Program-made: the position numbers and the translations under genes
The notes under the pieces: generated by a model
Told to the model about the DNA's origin: nothing
The model's input: the letters and a program-made list of their open reading frames with translations, nothing else
Databases searched by the model: none
NCBI GenBank assembly: GCA_963782055.1
Contig: CAWAIF010000003.1
Location: 1,152,001-1,216,000 of the forward strand
Source: an uncultured delta proteobacterium
GTDB taxonomy: Bacteria; Myxococcota_A; Polyangia; Polyangiales; Polyangiaceae
Length of the DNA stretch: 64,000 nucleotides
Direction: 5' to 3'
In this document: positions 60,456-64,000 of the stretch, piece after piece
Layout of the letters: the number at the start of each line of letters is the position of its first letter
How positions within the stretch are numbered: position 1 is the stretch's first letter

Positions 60456-60917
60456 ATGCTCATGTCCCGGACACGCGCGCTCGGCGTGCTCTCCATCCTC
60501 GCGGCGGCCGCCGCGGGATGCGGCGGCGGGACGCCCCCGCCCTCGGCCGTGCAGACGCAGGCCCACGACGTCCACGCCACCGACGCGCTGCTCCAGCAGG
60601 GCGGGTGGCGCCTGGTCTCCTTCCAGCCGGAGGTGGCGCCGGACCCCATGTTCGCCGCGCTGCTGGCCTCGCAGGTCGGCCAGCTCGTCGTGCACTTCGG
60701 CCAGGGGCAGATGCACGCCGACTCGCCCACGCTGCACCTGACGCGGGCGTACCGCGTCATCGACGCCGCGGGACCGTCCTTCCGCCTGGAGTCGCCGGAT
60801 TACGGCGGCGGGACGCTGGTGACCAGCGCGCAGCTCTCGGAGGACGGGCAGCACATCGCCTTCCACGCCGACACCGACCCGTTCCGCGGGAGCGGGACGC
60901 TCGTGCACGTGCCGTGA
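60456..60917 (+). CDS. Hypothetical lipoprotein
   Basis: Lipobox AAGC; lipocalin-like 'GGWRLVS'. Confidence 0.65.
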   Translation: MLMSRTRALGVLSILAAAAAGCGGGTPPPSAVQTQAHDVHATDALLQQGGWRLVSFQPEVAPDPMFAALLASQVGQLVVHFGQGQMHADSPTLHLTRAYRVIDAAGPSFRLESPDYGGGTLVTSAQLSEDGQHIAFHADTDPFRGSGTLVHVP

Positions 60918-60920
60918 CCT

Positions 60921-61676
60921 TCAGCCGAAGGTGACGATGAGCGGGGCGTGGTCGCTCGTGCCGAACTCGCGGCATACCCGGTAGGTGTCCGCCTTCTCCG
61001 CGAGAGAGGGCGACGCGAGGACGTAGTCGATGCGCCAGCCGGCGTTGCGCTGGCGTGAGTTGCGCCAGTACGGCCACCAGGTGAAGAGGTCCTCGGCGTC
61101 CGGCGCGAGCCGGCGCGTCACGTCGACGAGCTGACCCTCCAGCAGCTCCTCGAAGAGAGATCGCTCGTCGGGGCGCTGGCCGATCATCGCCTCGTTGCGC
61201 TGGTTCTTGTACACGTCGGCCGGGGCGCGCGCGACGTTGAGGTCGCCGCAGAGGACCACCTCCTCGCCGGCGAGGACCTTCGGGTAGCCCGCGAGCCTCT
61301 TCATGAACTCGATCTTGGCCGCGTAGTCCTTGCCGCCGTTGGGGACGTACATGGAGACGAAGACGCGGCCGCCGGCATGCGCCTCCACCACCCGCGACTC
61401 CATGTCGAAGTCGGGGTGCGCGAAGCGCGGCTTCTCCGGGAAGCGCTCCTTGCGCAGGTGGACGCTCACCCCGGAGTAGCCGCCCTTGCCGTGGAAGTAG
61501 CCGTGGTAGTCCGGCAGGCCGGCGAGGCCCCAGAGCGACGCCGGGAGCTGCTCGGGCGTCGCCTTGGTCTCCTGGAAGCAGGCCACGTCCGGCTTCTCCT
61601 CGTCGAGGAGCGCGAGCACCTCCTTCTCGCGCGCGCGGATCCCGTTGACGTTCCACGTGAGTACCTTGAGCGTCAC
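60921..61676 (-). CDS. xth: Exodeoxyribonuclease III
   Basis: 'TWNVNGIRAR', 'QETK', 'GYSGV', 'YVPNG', 'GDLNVA', 'GWRIDY', 'SDHAP'. Confidence 0.93.
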   Translation of the reverse strand: MTLKVLTWNVNGIRAREKEVLALLDEEKPDVACFQETKATPEQLPASLWGLAGLPDYHGYFHGKGGYSGVSVHLRKERFPEKPRFAHPDFDMESRVVEAHAGGRVFVSMYVPNGGKDYAAKIEFMKRLAGYPKVLAGEEVVLCGDLNVARAPADVYKNQRNEAMIGQRPDERSLFEELLEGQLVDVTRRLAPDAEDLFTWWPYWRNSRQRNAGWRIDYVLASPSLAEKADTYRVCREFGTSDHAPLIVTFG

Positions 61677-61739
61677 GCGGGCATCCTGCGACAGGCCCAC
61701 CCCCTTTGCAACGAGGAGCCCGGGCTCACGCGCGGCGCG

Positions 61740-63230
61740 TCACGGCACCGACGCGAGCCCCAGCCACCGGCCCTCCGCGCTCGGCACGAAGCTCGACGCG
61801 CGCGCGCTCACCACCGCGATCTGGTCCTCGTGCCAGAGCGGGATCCAGTAGGCCTGCGCCAGCACGCGATCCTCCAGCTTCGCGTAGTCGGCGCGGCGCG
61901 CGTCGCGGTCGGTGGTGGCGTCGCCGGCGTCCAGCAGCGCGTCCACGTCCGGGTCGCGTACCCGCGAGCGGTTCGCTCCTGCCGGCGGGATGGAAGTCGA
62001 GTGCAGGAAGACGCGCAGCACGTTGGGCTCGGTGAGCTCGGGGATCTGGAGGATGGCGGCGTCGAAGTCCCCCGACGAGAGGCGCGCGAGCAGCGTCCCC
62101 AGCTCCAGCGGCACCACCTCCACCTCGAAGCCCACGTCCTCCAGCTCCTGCGCGACCACCCGGGCGATGGAGACGCGCAGGCGCTCGGTGGAGGTGAGAA
62201 AAGTGCAATGTACATGCATCCCGCCGAGCAGCGCGCGCGCCCTCGCCACGTCCCGCGCCGGCAGGTCGGGCCGCGGGGTGTACGACCAGTGCCCGGGCGG
62301 CAGCAGCCCCGTCGCCAGGCGCGCGCGCCCCTCCAGCAGGTACTTCACGATCGCCCGCCGGTCGATCCCCAGCTCCACCGCGCGCCGGCGGTCCGCCCCG
62401 GCGAAGACGCCCTGGTCGGTGCGGAAGAGGAGGTACGTCAGGTTCGCCCCCGGCCGCGCCTTCACCTCCACGCCCTTCTCGCGCTCCAGCGCGGGGAGCA
62501 CCGCCGGGGAGACGCCGTTGACCATGACGTCGGCGCGGCCGCCCAGCACGCGCATGACCCGCGCGTTCTCGTCGTGGACGGTGCGGATGCGCAGGCCGTG
62601 GTGCGGGCGCGGCAACGGCGAGCCGTCCGCCGGCTCCAGATCCACCTCCCCGGTCGAGACGGCCTTCACCACGTACGGCCCCAGCCCGTCCAGCGCGCCC
62701 TTCGGGTCGGGCGGCCCCGCGGCCTGGTCGGCGCGCAGGATGGGCACCTCCAGGTCGCTCAACAGCGTGGCGTGCGGGCGGGCGAGGTGAAAGACCACGT
62801 GCGTCGCGTCCACCGCCTCCACGCGGGCCAGCGCGTCGAACACGTGCGTGTGGCGCGAGGCCACCTTCGGGTCGCGGAACGCCGCGAGCGTGGCGACGAC
62901 GTCCCGTGCGGTGAGCGGGGCGCCGGAGTGGAAGTGCACGTCCCGCCGCAGGGTCACCTCGAGCGTGAGAGGATCCCGGTAGCGGTACGACTCCGCCGCG
63001 TAGGGCCGTGGCTCGAGCGTGTCCGGGTCGAGCCGCGTCAGGCCTGCGTGCACCAGCCGCGTGACGCGCATGCCCACCGCGTCCACCACGTAGCGCGGGT
63101 CGAGCGTCTCGGCGTCGTTCGGCACGACCACCTCGAGCGCGGCGTCGGCGGCGTGCGTCGTGCCCGGCCGGCACGCCAGCACCGGCAGCAGCAGCGCGAG
63201 CCATTTCCCTTTCGCGAGCCGCCGACGCGT
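61740..63230 (-). CDS. ABC transporter peptide/nickel substrate-binding lipoprotein (family 5); start codon not resolved
   Basis: 'LDP', 'LRRDVHFHSGAPLTARDV', 'GLGPY', 'RRAVELGIDR', 'IPLWH'; lipobox VLAC. Confidence 0.82.
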   Translation of the reverse strand, partial: TRRRLAKGKWLALLLPVLACRPGTTHAADAALEVVVPNDAETLDPRYVVDAVGMRVTRLVHAGLTRLDPDTLEPRPYAAESYRYRDPLTLEVTLRRDVHFHSGAPLTARDVVATLAAFRDPKVASRHTHVFDALARVEAVDATHVVFHLARPHATLLSDLEVPILRADQAAGPPDPKGALDGLGPYVVKAVSTGEVDLEPADGSPLPRPHHGLRIRTVHDENARVMRVLGGRADVMVNGVSPAVLPALEREKGVEVKARPGANLTYLLFRTDQGVFAGADRRRAVELGIDRRAIVKYLLEGRARLATGLLPPGHWSYTPRPDLPARDVARARALLGGMHVHCTFLTSTERLRVSIARVVAQELEDVGFEVEVVPLELGTLLARLSSGDFDAAILQIPELTEPNVLRVFLHSTSIPPAGANRSRVRDPDVDALLDAGDATTDRDARRADYAKLEDRVLAQAYWIPLWHEDQIAVVSARASSFVPSAEGRWLGLASVP

Positions 63231-63245
63231 TGTATCGAACCGTCC

Positions 63246-64000
63246 ATGCGTGCCAGCCTGCTCGCGACCGCCGTGCTGGTGGGCGTCCTCGCCGCCGCCG
63301 GCGACGTCCGCTCGCAGGCGCCGGCGCCCGCCGCCCACACGGCCGTCTCCTCCCCCGCGCTCGACGCCGCGGTGCGCGCGCTCGTCGCCACCCGTGGCCT
63401 GGAGGGCGCCGCCATCGGCGTCGCCATCCTCGACGTCGCCTCCGGCAAGATGCTGGCCTCTCACAACGAGCATGTCCCGCTCAATCCCGCGTCCAACGCG
63501 AAGCTTTACACCGCCTCGGCCGCCCTGGCGATCCTTCACGGCGAGCACCGCTACGAGACGAGCCTCAGCGGTAAGGAGACGGACGGCGCGGTCGGGTCGC
63601 TCACCCTGCGCGGCTACGGCGACCCGTCGCTCTCCGGCGACGACCTCGCCGGCATGGCGGAGGACCTGCGCGAGCGCGGCGTGCGCCGCGTCGACGGCGA
63701 CATCCTGGTGGACGAGCGCTTCTTCGACGAAAATAACACCCCGCCCGCCTACGACCAGAAGCCGGGTGAGTGGGCAGCCTTCCGCGCGCCCATCTGCGCC
63801 CTCGCGGTGAACGAGGACACCGTGACCCTGACGGTGCGTCCCGGCAAGCCGGGGGACACCGCGCACGCCTACTTCGAGCCATACGGCTTCGTCGACGTGG
63901 AGGGCTCGGTCAAGACGGGCGAGGGCGCCGGCGCCGACACCATCGGCCTCGCCCTGACGCCGAACGGCAAGCGCATGTCCGCGAAGCTCTCCGGCACCGT
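63246..64000 (+). CDS. dacB: D-alanyl-D-alanine carboxypeptidase/endopeptidase PBP4 (partial; runs off the window end)
   Basis: Translated by hand from ATG 63246: signal peptide, 'LNPASNAKLYT' (SxxK), 'LRGYGDPSL', 'GDILVDERFF'; absent from the ORF track because there is no stop in the window. Confidence 0.88.
   Translation, partial: MRASLLATAVLVGVLAAAGDVRSQAPAPAAHTAVSSPALDAAVRALVATRGLEGAAIGVAILDVASGKMLASHNEHVPLNPASNAKLYTASAALAILHGEHRYETSLSGKETDGAVGSLTLRGYGDPSLSGDDLAGMAEDLRERGVRRVDGDILVDERFFDENNTPPAYDQKPGEWAAFRAPICALAVNEDTVTLTVRPGKPGDTAHAYFEPYGFVDVEGSVKTGEGAGADTIGLALTPNGKRMSAKLSGT

Overview
Very GC-rich chromosomal window. The gene content (eukaryotic-type Ser/Thr kinases paired with TPR/PEGA proteins, many 'PDAG/DAG'-linker lipoproteins, Uma2 endonuclease) is typical of a Polyangiales/Labilithrix-like myxobacterium; this taxonomy is inferred. 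It is mostly housekeeping and metabolic genes: thrA, thrC, DEAD-box helicase, trpE, uppS, cdsA, Glu/Leu/Phe/Val dehydrogenase, miaA, ppdK, mutL, hmgA, hppD, pyrG, xth, dacB. The main observations are: (1) a retron remnant, with a structurally complete msr/msd-like ncRNA (3077-3231) and a retron RT cut off just before its first catalytic Asp, bracketed by two inverted copies of a ~165-bp palindromic repeat; (2) a third copy of that repeat at 26.9 kb heading another cargo patch, with a frameshifted DUF559-type endonuclease fragment and a peptide made of four similar P-x-P-(D/E)-D-P-x-G-G..G-P-R units; (3) a second modular REP/BIME-like repeat family in three clusters (16.2, 22.0, 51.3 kb) with conserved GNA-triloop mini-hairpins; (4) a Kal-Kce fusion enzyme of lysine degradation; (5) a (GCAG)10 simple repeat and a frameshifted Cys-rich lipoprotein in a patch next to ppdK. 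No rRNA, tRNA or CRISPR array was seen. All family assignments come from motif recognition by eye; no database searches were run.
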